Source: Bigelowiella natans CCMP2755
Lineage: Eukaryota; Protista; Cercozoa
Assembly: GCA_000320545.1 (NCBI GenBank)
Contig: ADNK01000149.1
Span: 232,148-296,147, forward strand
Reading direction: 5' to 3'
DNA: 64,000 bases
Position 1 is the first letter of the stretch. The number at the start of each line of letters is the position of its first letter. The notes beneath the pieces were generated by a model that saw only the letters and a list, made by a program, of their open reading frames with translations, ran no database searches and had not been told where the DNA came from. Below are positions 53,086 through 64,000 of the stretch, in pieces. Made by a program: the position numbers and the translations under genes.

Positions 53086-55824
53086 TCTTTATGTGTGTGT
53101 GTGTGTGTGTGCGTGCGTGTGTGATAGTGAAGCAAAGATGATGCCTATAAATTGATGGTTTTTGTCGTCGTCGCTATTAGTTTCTTCTTCTCACACCTGC
53201 CCCGTCACCAGCGATGATCTCGCCAGAAGGACGATCAAATTGGTTGGTGCCGTATCGTTATCAGATCAAAGTTTTAGTTTTTGAAGTAACGACGTGATGG
53301 TGATATTGACGACGACTGATTCGTGAATATGAGCCACCCCCCTTCTCTCCTCATCAATTATTCGCGAACAACTGAGATTTGACTTTTTTCAAAAATTACA
53401 CCCTGCACGCTCCGAAGAACAAGAGGAATCCTTCGAGCGATCAACATGTGTGTGTGTGTGTGTGTGTGTGTGGTAGTACATGTGTGCCCATATAATCACT
53501 GCAGAAATTCATATATCCTATTTAATTACTGTGATGCCATCTCTCAGTGCCAGCACACTCCGAACAGCGTTCTCTCTAGTTATCAAACGAGAATATTAGG
53601 GAATAATCAGAATGTTTTTTGGAGAGATTCAAGCCGAAAGCACCCGACAGTATTCGTTATATAACGTGACGGGTATCCACCCAAAACATCGGGCGGATTA
53701 CATGTGGTTGCTTGTGACCATCATCGATATATCTTTCTTCTGTATGTCCTGATGCTGCCTGCTACAACATCCTTCCTTATTTTGTTCATCATAACTAACC
53801 CTATTTTGTGACTCCAAATGGCCCTCTTCTGTGCCTTGGTGTCGTAGAATCGAACCTACGCATATATAAAGAAGGAGAGAAGGTTCTACGATGATAGCAA
53901 AGGCAATCACTGCGTCCACGTCACTTTTCAAGCAAAGCTTATGACCTGATGATGTGCCGTGGCGGTGACGATCTGTGTGGCAGCCTGCTGCTGCTGCTGC
54001 TGCTGCTGCGACGACGACGACGACGATGTATTCGTGAAGAAAGATATGTCCAGTATGTGCACGGGATAGCGCAAATCGAGCTTGTCTGGTTTCACATTGC
54101 GTGCCTTGAATGTCTGCTTCTTAGTCGCGAGGTCCCACACCTTCAGCAACTCCTCGTTGCCTCCCTACATATATGGTGGTGGTGGTGATGATTATGGTAA
54201 TGATGATGGTAATGATGATAATGCCGATAATGTTCATCTATCTCCTTACCACCAGCCACAACATCGGACTACCACAACATCAAAATGCCGCATATCCCTC
54301 TTCACCCTCTATTTCCATCGTCATATTGTCGCAGTTGGTCAAAGGAATATATAAAAAAGAGAAGAAGGGAAAACATGACACGCACACGCACACACACACA
54401 CACACACCACACGCACAAAAGAACTTCAATGGGTAGATGCATACAGATATATAAAAATAGTTATAAATTTACATGATAATACCGTTGCAATTGCGGAAGA
54501 GCCAGGACAAAACTACGGGGTGAGCACACGAATTGATTTTGATAGGAAAAATTGCGATTATAATCCATAAGCAAGTGCATACATTTGCCCTTTATCCTTC
54601 TTGCATTCATTAGGATCATCATCATCACCACTTTCATCATTATCATCACTATCGGGATTGCTATCCCACCTTGACTCTACACGTCTTCTCTCCGACTTTG
54701 AATGTGCTAGCTTCCTTTCCCTATAATTATAATTCCCAGAATTAAACCAATAACACAGGCAGACCGGGATTGTGAGAAAAACAGGTCATGAGAGAGCAGG
54801 GATGCCGCTAATGCTGGTACCTCTTCAAATATCTGGACAACACCATTTTTCGTGCCGCTGAGCAATCGCTTCGAGTCTAATTGTTGATGTATTGAAGGAG
54901 GTAAGATGATGCGAATATACATTTTTGCAATTTGGTATTGTATGTATCATGCGTTATACATTGATGTGTATATGTTTGCTTGCGTGCATGTGTGTACGTA
55001 AAAATGACCTATTGTTGCCAAACCCGAGCATCCAGCGGAGGCCATCTGGAAGCTCTGAGTGACCTGTGTAAATGTGTTAAAAATAAAGTGTACTGTTATC
55101 TATCTATCCTTCAACGCCCTTCGCTCCTTCATTGCGGCTATTCACTTTTGCGGATTGATTGTTAAGGTTGCACCTCTCCTGTGCTTCGAGACCGATTTTC
55201 CACCCTCCCGTTTTGAAGCGCAGAGAGGAACTTTTGGAAGAAAATTCATTAAGAACATTATTAATATGCCTCGGCTTGGCTTTTCGAATTCAAAATTTTC
55301 GACGACACAAACACTGGCATAATTCCGCGTTTTCTTTATGAGGAGGTGGGTTTGAGAGAAAGATATACATATACATATACAGAAAGAAGAAGTGATGAAT
55401 AGAAGGAGAAAAGTGAAGAGATTTTGCGAAATTTACGTGAGAGTCATAGCTGTCGCCACCGCTATACAACCCAGACCAGGCCATCGCTTCGATACCTATC
55501 AAAAGCAGCAGCACCGTAATCCTCATTCATTAAGCAACACGCAAGTGCATATTAACAAAATCAAAAAACGAATAATGCGAAAGAAGCAGCGTGCTTCCAT
55601 GCGAGTTGATATTTGTAGGAGCTGGATAACCTCTGCCTTGTGCCTGGCGGCCAAACCGACGGTCCACTTTCTTCTTTGCCACATCAACGACTGAAGTTCG
55701 GACAACAACAGTAGTAAGAAACAGGACGACTATGCGCACCACATTTACGCTGTATTCTTAAAAGGACACCTTTGTACAAGCCGGTGTCGTCAGAGGTGAG
55801 GACGAGGGGCGGCGTCGGCTGCAT
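51858..55824 (-). CDS. WDR74: WD repeat-containing protein 74 / Nsa1 (60S ribosome biogenesis)
   Basis: MQPTPPLVLTSDDTGLYK; GGNEELLKVWDLATKKQTFKARNVKPDKLDLRYPVHILDISF; VRFYDTKAQKR; IIAGDGAG; SLDRFVRVYDI; NKVYLKQRVSSCLF; basic tail VWDILE...KKRKQKRAGGEK*. Confidence 0.9.
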
Positions 55825-56291
55825 ATTCCGTCCTCTTCTGCCCCAGGTAGCAGGAACCTCTTTATTTCCCGATAATCGGGGATTAGGGGACCTAAATAGT
55901 CCTAAATCGCATTGATCTCTTCTCTGCGACATGCCAGAAGTACATGATTTCATTTCGCACAGAAAACTGGGTAGTTACCAGGGTATAGACGTGAATACCC
56001 CCGTAACATTCATCTAATATCTGTCGACATGTATCCCTGCATTGTGTCTATGTCTTTCATATTTTAATACGGTAAATTACCATCACAACTTGCCTACTCG
56101 ATTGGGGGAAACTCTATGCCGATTCAGCGATTCCTTGCTTCGAAGACGTACAAACGGACCGAGTGCGCACTGAATATGATACATGCGTCATCAAATTTTA
56201 CATGACGTAGGACTAAAATGTAATATGTTTCAAAAGGTAATGGTATCAGGTCAGACATAACGTCAGACTGACACAAGACAAGGGGGGAGGA

Positions 56292-56873
56292 ATGGCTGCA
56301 CGCCGGCTCTGTTGCGCGATGAGCGCCGCTCGCATCCCATCCTTACGCAAGTTTCCTCTTGCCCCAAATCTTTGTACATCAGAAAAATATAAAGGTTTAT
56401 TTTGTGGGAATCTTTCTAGGAACAATTTTGCAACCTTGCAGGCTGCAGAGGAGGGGGGACAAGAATTTTCGCAGAAGTGGGGGGATCGAAAGGTTGAGGA
56501 GTTAAGCGAGGACGAGCTGCAGGAACTCAGGGAGGACAGTAAAGATCTTATTTTCTCCCTTCTTGAGGAAAAGGGACCGATGAGGAAGCCTGCGATATGG
56601 AAAGAAGTGAAGGACACGCTACTATTTTCAAATAGAACACGCTTTAACCATTTCCTATGGTCATTGCATCGAAAAAAGATCATTCGAGCCAGACCCAGTT
56701 CGAACTTGAGACGATATGAATATTCCGCACAATACAAAGATAAATGGACCCTCGCAGAAGAATCTCTTGAAGAAGTTCAGCTTAAAGAGCCAACATGGCA
56801 CACTCTTCTCGGTGGGGAAGCCACATCGGAAGAGGAGAGTAAAAGTGTTTGGAGCTGGATTCGGGGAAACTAA
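56292..56873 (+). CDS. Intronless 193-aa protein with a mitochondrial-type presequence and a winged-helix-like core
   Basis: Single ORF. The N-terminus is R/A/S-rich and acid-free (MAARRLCCAMSAARIPSLRKF). The core DLIFSLLEEKGPMRKPAIWKEVKD...RTRFNHFLWSLHRKKIIRARP...YEY has wHTH-like periodicity. Confidence 0.7.
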   Translation: MAARRLCCAMSAARIPSLRKFPLAPNLCTSEKYKGLFCGNLSRNNFATLQAAEEGGQEFSQKWGDRKVEELSEDELQELREDSKDLIFSLLEEKGPMRKPAIWKEVKDTLLFSNRTRFNHFLWSLHRKKIIRARPSSNLRRYEYSAQYKDKWTLAEESLEEVQLKEPTWHTLLGGEATSEEESKSVWSWIRGN

Positions 56874-56959
56874 AAAGTTAACTACACTAATGCCAAAAAG
56901 TTACATCTAGCTATAATAGATTCCGTTAGATGACCAAAAGCTCTGTTTAATACATGATG

Positions 56960-57520
56960 TCAAGATTAGCACATGTGCCTAGAGAGGTAATCAGCTACAT
57001 ACTACATACGTACAGTGCCCATCGATAAGGTTGCACGTGGCTGCTAATAGACGCATGTACATATGTTGACAATGCAAAATGCACCTGCATGCGACACGAT
57101 TCACACGCTCGTGATCGGATACTTGCTGTTCGTACGAGTGCAGCTAGCTACATGTGTGTACACTGCTAATAGCAATATGATGTAGGACCCGAGCATATCA
57201 TTACGCTGCATTATCGCTTTGCGTGTATGCCATTGAATGATGTGTTACCTACACAGTGATTGTCTACGGTAGCAATAGTGGTTGCAATGGCTGCGCGAAC
57301 GATCATCGTACGAATTAAAAATATACTTATGCGTGGCTAATTCGGCTTATTAGACCAATTTGACTCAACACGGATCAACGTCCGTATCGTACAAAGCAAT
57401 TTAATTATTTTACAAAACTAAGGGAGGCATATTTTACCACATCTAGAAATATTTTGGACGAATACGGCACACGATGTATAGCGTGTGATACAGTACAGCA
57501 TGCTGCGCTCATAATTTTTT
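56960..57520. other. Palindrome/RY tract (convergent spacer)
   Basis: gcacatgtgc, gcatgtacatatg, tgcatgcg, gcagctagctacatgt, atcgtacgat-like segments and cagcatgctg. Confidence 0.75.
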
Positions 57521-57527
57521 GCATCAG

Positions 57528-58769
57528 CTAGTAATCTGAATCCTCATAGAAGTCGCCATTATTACCGCCGCGCATATACGATCTGCATGGTGGAAGTGTT
57601 ACGCTTTCATCGTTTGCCTGAACTTGCTCTGCAGCAAATGTTCCGACCATCCTCCATTCTTTTCGTACCAAGAATCTTGTCTAAAAATAAAATAAAGTCA
57701 ACTATGGTTATGGTCAGTGAAATTGATTTGCTGTGTTTCAGCCCCCGCCACGAATGTTGCAGATAAAATCTAACCGCTCGGATTGTCAGAACATTTCCTT
57801 TCTGTCTGAGTACATTTCCCCATGCATTTGTTGTGAAGTGTAGCTTCCCCTTTGGAAGGGATACATCAAACTTCTCGAATCCTTCAATCTACGAACGATA
57901 CCAAGGGCAAGAATTAGACTGGCCACAAAATAAGGATGGAAGAAAAACTTTTTGGGTTTTCAACCGGTGTTACTGACTCTGATTATGATCTACAATCCCA
58001 ACTTCTCTGAAGGTATCTTTAAAAAAACATGGATTGGATCTACCTCGATCCAAAACTTAAGGAGGTTTCCAACTTTCCTCCAATTTCCTTCGCCAATGCC
58101 CATACTCAGGTATGGGCCTATTCGTGACTCGATCACCCCCCCCTACAACAAATAGGAGAAAGGAAAAGGAAATTAAAGAAAATTATTCTAACGTGATTTC
58201 CTAATTATGAAATGAGAGAGAAACGGGAAGTTGATGGAAAGTGGCCGGTTGCTTCACCTCCTTGAAAGTACAGAGCATCGGAATTTGCATGCGTCTCCCG
58301 CTGGCTGCCCATTGGGGTGGCATCCAAGTATTCTAGCCATAGGAAGAAGATGGAAAGGAATAAAGGATGAAAGATGAGATACGCGACACCTAATCGGAAC
58401 GAATATTCATCGGGGAACGACCTTTTCTCTCCCAATGTCTAATGTGAACATCCAGGTGCTGCCTACTAGTGAGTCTCTTGTCGTCATTAGCTCTCCGTAA
58501 CTTTCGCTTGTTCGATTTGAGCTCTGGGTCTCTTCGCCGACTAGGGATGCCATACTTCTGCCAGATGATCGATGCAATGTTTCGGAATGGAGACGACTGT
58601 CAAAGCTGACACGAGGATTCCTCCAGTTCACGCATGATATGAAATTCCTACAAAATCGATTTCTGCGCGCTACTAAGGATGTGGACGAAGCAGTAAATAG
58701 CATCGACATCCAAACTGCGACTCGTATCAATAGCAGTGATGGGTCTCCCATCCCAGTGGATGGATCCAT
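57528..58769 (-). CDS. Uncharacterised protein with a bipartite leader (probably plastid-targeted)
   Basis: Five in-phase exons: MDPSTGMGDPSLLLIRVAVWMSMLFTASS...GSTWMFTLDIGREK | NTWMPPQWAASGRRMQIPMLCTFKE | GGVIESRIGPY...GNWRKVGNLLKFWIE | IEGFEKFDVSLPKGKLHFTTNAWG...TIRA | TRFLVRKEWRMVGTFAAE...DSDY*. Confidence 0.75.
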
Positions 58770-59004
58770 CTACGTCGTCCTTACACGCTCGGAGTGACTT
58801 GACGAGAAGGATTACTCGAGATTACGCCATATGAAATTTCGCATGTGACAAAAGTTTTTAGTTGTCGCTGCAGAGAATTCTCCAGATTTAGCAGTGTTCC
58901 TACTAGTACAGACAACAACAACAACAACTACAAGTACAACGACAACAACAAACAACGCTCTCTGAATTGATGTCGTCTAATACATGCACAGCTCGTATGT
59001 CGTA

Positions 59005-59034
59005 GACGTCTACGGGGAAGACGTCTACGGGGAA
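59005..59034. repeat. 15-bp direct repeat (gacgtctacggggaa x2) in a divergent promoter
   Basis: Exact copies at 59005-59019 and 59020-59034, each containing the GACGTC palindrome. Confidence 0.9.
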
Positions 59035-59203
59035 ATCCAGTAAAAAGTTCAAATTTGTCTGTACGAGTCGTACAAGATTTTTCGCAACAAGGATTTCATA
59101 TTTCCGTTGATTTCGCCCAGAACCATCCACTCTATTTCCGACGGTTTCGAGAAAATCTTCGATTGTATGTACTCCGAGTTTCAAAAAAAATTCAAACGTA
59201 GCT

Positions 59204-60588
59204 ATGGTCTCCCCTCGGCTTTTGTTACCACTATTGTGTACCTGGCTGGCCCTCGCAGCTATAGAACGGGGAGGCTCGAAGTCCCTGGAGGTCAATGAAA
59301 GGGTGTCTTCAAGATCAAATGCCACTCAAGACGCACTAGTTGGATACTCAGCCGGTGACTTGATAGTGAGCCCAAAAGGGAAGAGTTTCTCAGCTGTAAC
59401 AATCTCGATTGCCATACAGGTAGAGCTACTTGGTGTTACTGAGCTAGTTAGCCAGGCATCTTACCTCAGTGTCACAATCTTTTATCCTCATTGTAATATC
59501 GCTCTCTCAGGTGATCAAAAATGAGAAAATGCCTGCAATAGACGACGCATCCATTGCAGTTCTAAAAGAAAACATCAAAGATCCTACAAGCTTTGTTGCT
59601 TGCCACGATACAGCAAACCAGCTGCTCCATATCATGGGAGAGGGTACAGTTGCAAAAACCGGGGGTAAAGGAAAGGAGTTGAACGTGGAGGCTTGCGATG
59701 CAGCGATTCAAGTCCTGGAATCAGGAGTCCCATCAGCTATCCAAATCACTGGGCGATCAATAGGTGCAGACGGCCATTCATTTGTCTTGATATTAAAGGA
59801 CAATCAAAAGGTATAAATATCAAGTGCAGCTAACTTACTCTGCGCAAATTAATTCAGATTTTGAACTGTTATATCGAATACCAATCATTCTTCAGGTCGA
59901 CGTGCTGGAAGCCTGGGCTGTAGCGGGCGGTCATCAGGCTGCTTCCCTGCCCGCCCTTCTTCGACAATGCAAGAAAAATATTCCTGTAGCAGATGCAATC
60001 CAAGCACTGACTGAGATGAAGTCTCCGGACACTAATGTACGAACCAGGGGCTATACTGCTTTAAGCACAGCCTATCCCACTGCAGTATACTACGAGCTGA
60101 ATGCAGATGAGTCGACTCACGCACCTGTAGGAGAAAGGATTATTGTAGTGCACTCACGAAAGCTTGCCCCAGCATCCCACATCGAAGAAAAAATGCTGAA
60201 ACGATGCGAACTTGCCTTGGAGTTAGAAGAAAAAGTTAAAGCTGCCAGCACATCTGATGTGCAGGCACAGCAAGAAAAGCTTCTCGACAAAAATATTCCT
60301 TGCAAACCATATTTTCATATAGAACACAGGTTGCAAGGAGAAAACGAAATTTGGGCTAAAAGGGTAGAATGGCTTACTTCTGGTATTCCAGAAGATCACG
60401 AGGACCGTGAGGACATGGTCGATGACTTGATGATGGAGGCTTGGATTTATGCCTCAGAAATGACAAGGCCTAGTCTAAGGAAAGACATGAGCCTGGACAA
60501 GTATTGCATTAAGAAAGCCGCAGAGTATATGAAAGATCAAGGTTATCCACAAAAGGGTAAATTATCGACAGATCTCACCCCCGAATGA
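59204..60588 (+). CDS. Predicted secreted 402-aa protein with a putative papain-like Cys-His-Glu triad
   Basis: Exons 59204-59419, 59511-59810 and 59896-60588 are all phase 0. Signal peptide MVSPRLLLPLLCTWLALA. Motifs FVACHDTANQLL (Cys codon 59601), DGHSFVLIL (His codon 59775) and VDVLEAW (Glu codon 59908). Confidence 0.8.
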
Positions 60589-60829
60589 CGCTGCTGTTGT
60601 TTTCCGTAACTTTTGTAACATCTATGTACAATGTGTTTAACAAGCGTTGATGGAACGAATGCAAAAGAACATGATGACATATGTAGTAACTAACACATTC
60701 TAACGTAGAACTCCATAGCATTTTATTCGTAACGAAAGTGAAGATTTTAAATGATCTCGTTGTGGAAAATAAAACACCGACTCTAAGCTATTTTATTTCA
60801 TCTCATGTTGCCGGACACGATTAGCCAGC

Positions 60830-61120
60830 TAAATACTGCAAAGCACTGCGTACGTACTGAGCAACGCATTTAGTGCATGGTGTCGGACAAATGCATAGCC
60901 AATGCGGTGTCCACGATTCCATTCAGCGTTGCCTGCACCAACGTGCACATGCGGCTATTTGACATCATACAATGCCTATTGTCACAACTAGACAAGAAAG
61001 TGGAAACATAAGTTTTCCTCTTATGTTCCATCGCCGCGCCACGTGTTGTATATTATGCTATGTATGTTTCACCTTCATCACTATGCTCTATCAAATCGTG
61101 GACCATGCATATGCAGCGAT
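60830..61120. other. Palindrome/RY tract (convergent spacer; weaker example)
   Basis: tgcgtacgtac, gtgcatgg, atgcatagc, acgtgcacatg, cgcgccacgtg and catgcatatgc. Confidence 0.55.
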
Positions 61121-61253
61121 AGCTTTGTCCAATAATATCAGCGCGTAATTTAAGTAACATAAGAGAAAATCTTGAGGAGGGGGGGTTTCGCCTCCACTAA
61201 TGCATATTTTCGATAGTAGCCTGAAACCAAAGACTATGCTGGCCTTGGTTTGC

Positions 61254-61871
61254 TTACTGTTTTGGAACGAGGCGAAGACCGCCCGGATCATCCTCCCCGC
61301 ACGACGAACTGCAGGAACATTGCCAGTTTTCAAGATCCAGATCCTCGCCATGGAGCTGCTTTCTAGCTCTGATTTGCTCTTCCAAATCCTGAACGGCGGA
61401 CAAGGTACATTACGAACATGAAGAAGCGTTTCAGGGTGTCGCGTCAAGGTTATTACACCTACCGAAGTGGAAAAAAGCGATCCTGAAGTGAAAGAACTTT
61501 CCGTGCTATCCGAAACTGAGTCGGTAGAAGAGCTGCTGCTCCTCTCCCATTCGGGTGTGGGCGTTGACGCTTTGATTAACTCCGTGATGTTTCGGAACCT
61601 CCTGCACCTTATGTTTTATTTTTTGGTCGCGGGTCAATTGTGCAGTCGATGGTCATTGGAGTCCGGGATTAGAAATACAAAAGGAAAAAGAGTGAAATTG
61701 AAGTCTCCAACCTGGAGAATTGGAGCGCGTGGATCAACAAGCGAGAGGCCTCTAATTGCTTTTCACTGAAACTCGTCGCCAATGACTCCTGAGGAAGATA
61801 ACATGATGGTAGAGCGACAAAGTGGGCGTAAAGCGATGAAGAATAGCATTCGAACCTCCTGACACATAGAA

Positions 61872-61908
<37 letters not shown>

Positions 61909-63055
61909 GGTAAATATAATCAACAACCTCAATGTAGCTTTCAAGGGAATTTCGGAAAGCCGGTGCTTCCAGCCTACCCGCGCCTGCTGGCTCTAATGGG
62001 TTCGGAAGAAATGCTGAGCTTTCATGATCGAGTTGATAATGCCAAGGCTTCGGAGCCCTCCGGCTCCCCCACGTGTCAGCTAATTTGGGATCTGGCTCGA
62101 GTGTCGTTGTCTCATTGCTGCTGCTTGTGTTTCTTGTGTTGGTAGGAAGATTGTGCTGGTAAGTATCCGTATCATGCGTCGCACGGAAGATGACCGTCCA
62201 CACGCTTATGTTTCCAGTCGCATCTAGATGTGAGTGAGAGGAGGTGGTGGTGGCAGTTGTCATCATTGTCATGGAGCAGACAAAAACGAGACATTAATGA
62301 TAGCAATTGCATCGCTGTTGAGGACCGACATACGATTCGATGTTACATTCTTCTGAATCGTTCGCAGTATGGCGTACGCATGTGGAAGACTGAGCACACG
62401 TGTGCGCTTGCTAGCCGAAGGGGCAGCGAATAAAGGCGCACAACGGCAATAATTCGTGCCTTCGTAAAAAAAAATCACAACCTACTCCTCGCATACTGCT
62501 GCTGGAAACAGTCAGGTCTACCATTCCCCCATTATCATCCATTCACGCCCCCATACATACCCTCCCGGGATACAACCCTCTGCTTTAAGCACTTCCCAGT
62601 AACAGGCAGCTACCTTGTGCTGGGCCCGAAAGCATGACTCCTCGATGAACTGGAGCGTCCACACTGTAGGTGCTGCGATCCAACGCTGGTGAGAAGAAAA
62701 AGGTGGAGAAAGAGAGTGAATTGAACCATTAGAAAGCAGCCTGTAATGAATGCTGAAAAGGGTGGTATGTTGATAATTGAGATGACGTTTGCCCTTCTCA
62801 GCTCAGGGTTACTCATGGGGTCGGACAATCACGATCCCGGTCACGCACGTGCATGCATGAGGAGATATATGCACACGCGACGGGTGTACCCATTGCGATG
62901 ATCTGCCGATGGCTGCCGGAGGCGAGGAAGCGCAACCCTGTCTTCGATGTCAGGCGGAACACTTCAACCTGATGATGTTTCGTGTTTGTCGCCAAGCGAC
63001 GCTTCATTTTTGTGCTCGGGTATGTTTGTATAACGCGGCATCAACGGCCAGGAAT

Positions 63056-63095
<40 letters not shown>

Positions 63096-63100
63096 CTTAA

Positions 63101-63142
<42 letters not shown>

Positions 63143-64000
63143 GAGGGGGATCAGAAATGGAAAACTAGGTAGTGCTACTACCACCACTACTACTCTGCTG
63201 CTACTGCTGCTACTACTACTACTACTACTGCTACTACTACTACTACCCTGCCCTTACTCCAATCCCGCCATTCACCATCCACAAATCGCCATAAGCGGAA
63301 GTTATTTTGCTGAAACAAGATCATCGGTTGCGGCGCAGTCCCATCTTCCACCTGTCAGCATCCGCACAACAAACGAAGGGTGACGAAAGAACTGGGCTAT
63401 CATCAAACCAAATCAACGTCTGCACACCGCGAAGGTGCTGCTATGACTCTCCTCTACTACCTCAACGATTTGAGGAATTGCGGGCACGAGGTGGGGGAGC
63501 TCGTCGATCAGCCGTACAGCAGTCCGGAATGGCGAGATATCATGGTACCTTTCATTATTATTATTATTGTTGTTGTTGTTTTTGTTGTTGTTGTGGTTGT
63601 TGTTGTTTTTGTTGCTGTTGATGCTGTTGCTGCCTTCCACTGTCATTGCTATTGTTGTGGGGGGCGTGATCGGTGATTGGCATTCGCACAGTCGAAGATA
63701 GCAAACTATCAAACCCCTCGATATCTGCATAGGAAATGACGCGAAAATCCGACGATGTTTACAGACGTATGTTTTACCCTTGAGTCTCATTATATTCTGA
63801 GGTCCGAGGAATGATCTTTGCCATGTCAGCTAACTCAGCCGCAATCTGACAAATGATGAACAATTGATGAGATGATAATCACTAAATAAAACTTTGCAGA
63901 TCATTTCTCCTTTCTCTCCTCCTCCTCCTCCTCCTCCTCCTCCTCCTCCTCCTTCTCTTCCCTCCTTCCCTATTCTCCTTTCTCGGTCTATCTGCTTTTC
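61254..64000 (-). CDS. Unknown multi-exon protein (5'-partial)
   Basis: Minus-strand exons bounded by GT/AG: IAAELADMAKIIPRTSEYNETQ; YHDISPFRTAVRLIDELPHLVPAIPQIVE; KRTRVLSLPHAYAILRTIQKN...; T/S-rich segment; last exon DLEEQIRARKQLHGEDLDLENWQCSC...RLVPKQ* (61254). No family recognised. Confidence 0.6.

Noticed and set aside
58903-59325. 140-aa minus-strand ORF in the divergent promoter
   Set aside because: It has a non-ATG start, ends in an SSR, and overlaps the signal-peptide exon of the plus-strand gene.
61091-61447. 118-aa minus-strand ORF as terminal exon
   Set aside because: A GT-AG intron shifts the likely coding frame to DLEEQIRARKQ...PKQ* (61254).

Overview
Gene-dense, intron-rich eukaryotic nuclear DNA. 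All introns I could place are GT-AG, and many are filled with microsatellites. Several proteins have signal-peptide plus transit-peptide leaders, and one is related to a green-plastid protein. Together these point to an alga with a secondary plastid, most likely a chlorarachniophyte (Bigelowiella-like); this is inference. Most ORFs in the supplied track are microsatellite or antisense artefacts, so I rebuilt genes by hand-splicing exons. I find 17 protein-coding genes, in order: coiled-coil protein with 61-aa repeats (-, partial); PP1-docking/ZZ-like zinc-finger protein (+); rhomboid protease (-); VPS9-domain GEF (-); TYW2/TRM12 (+); intronless GHL15-like glycoside hydrolase (-); 4-RRM ELAV/RBMS-like protein (+); RER1 (-); SPCS3 (+); INO1 (+); PGM-like pseudo-phosphatase (-); FHA/coiled-coil protein (+); WDR74/NSA1 (-); intronless winged-helix-like protein (+); uncharacterised plastid-type protein (-); secreted Cys-His-Glu protein (+); unknown protein (-, partial). 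There is also a probable decayed Ty3/Gypsy integrase. I saw no rRNA, tRNA or CRISPR. Three things stand out. (1) Palindrome-dense, purine/pyrimidine-alternating tracts (CTAG/CATG/TGCA) occur in every spacer that follows a gene 3' end and are absent or faint in divergent promoters. (2) Gene orientation alternates almost perfectly. (3) One secreted protein has Cif-like papain-fold catalytic spacing. Exon boundaries were read by eye, and several start codons are uncertain.
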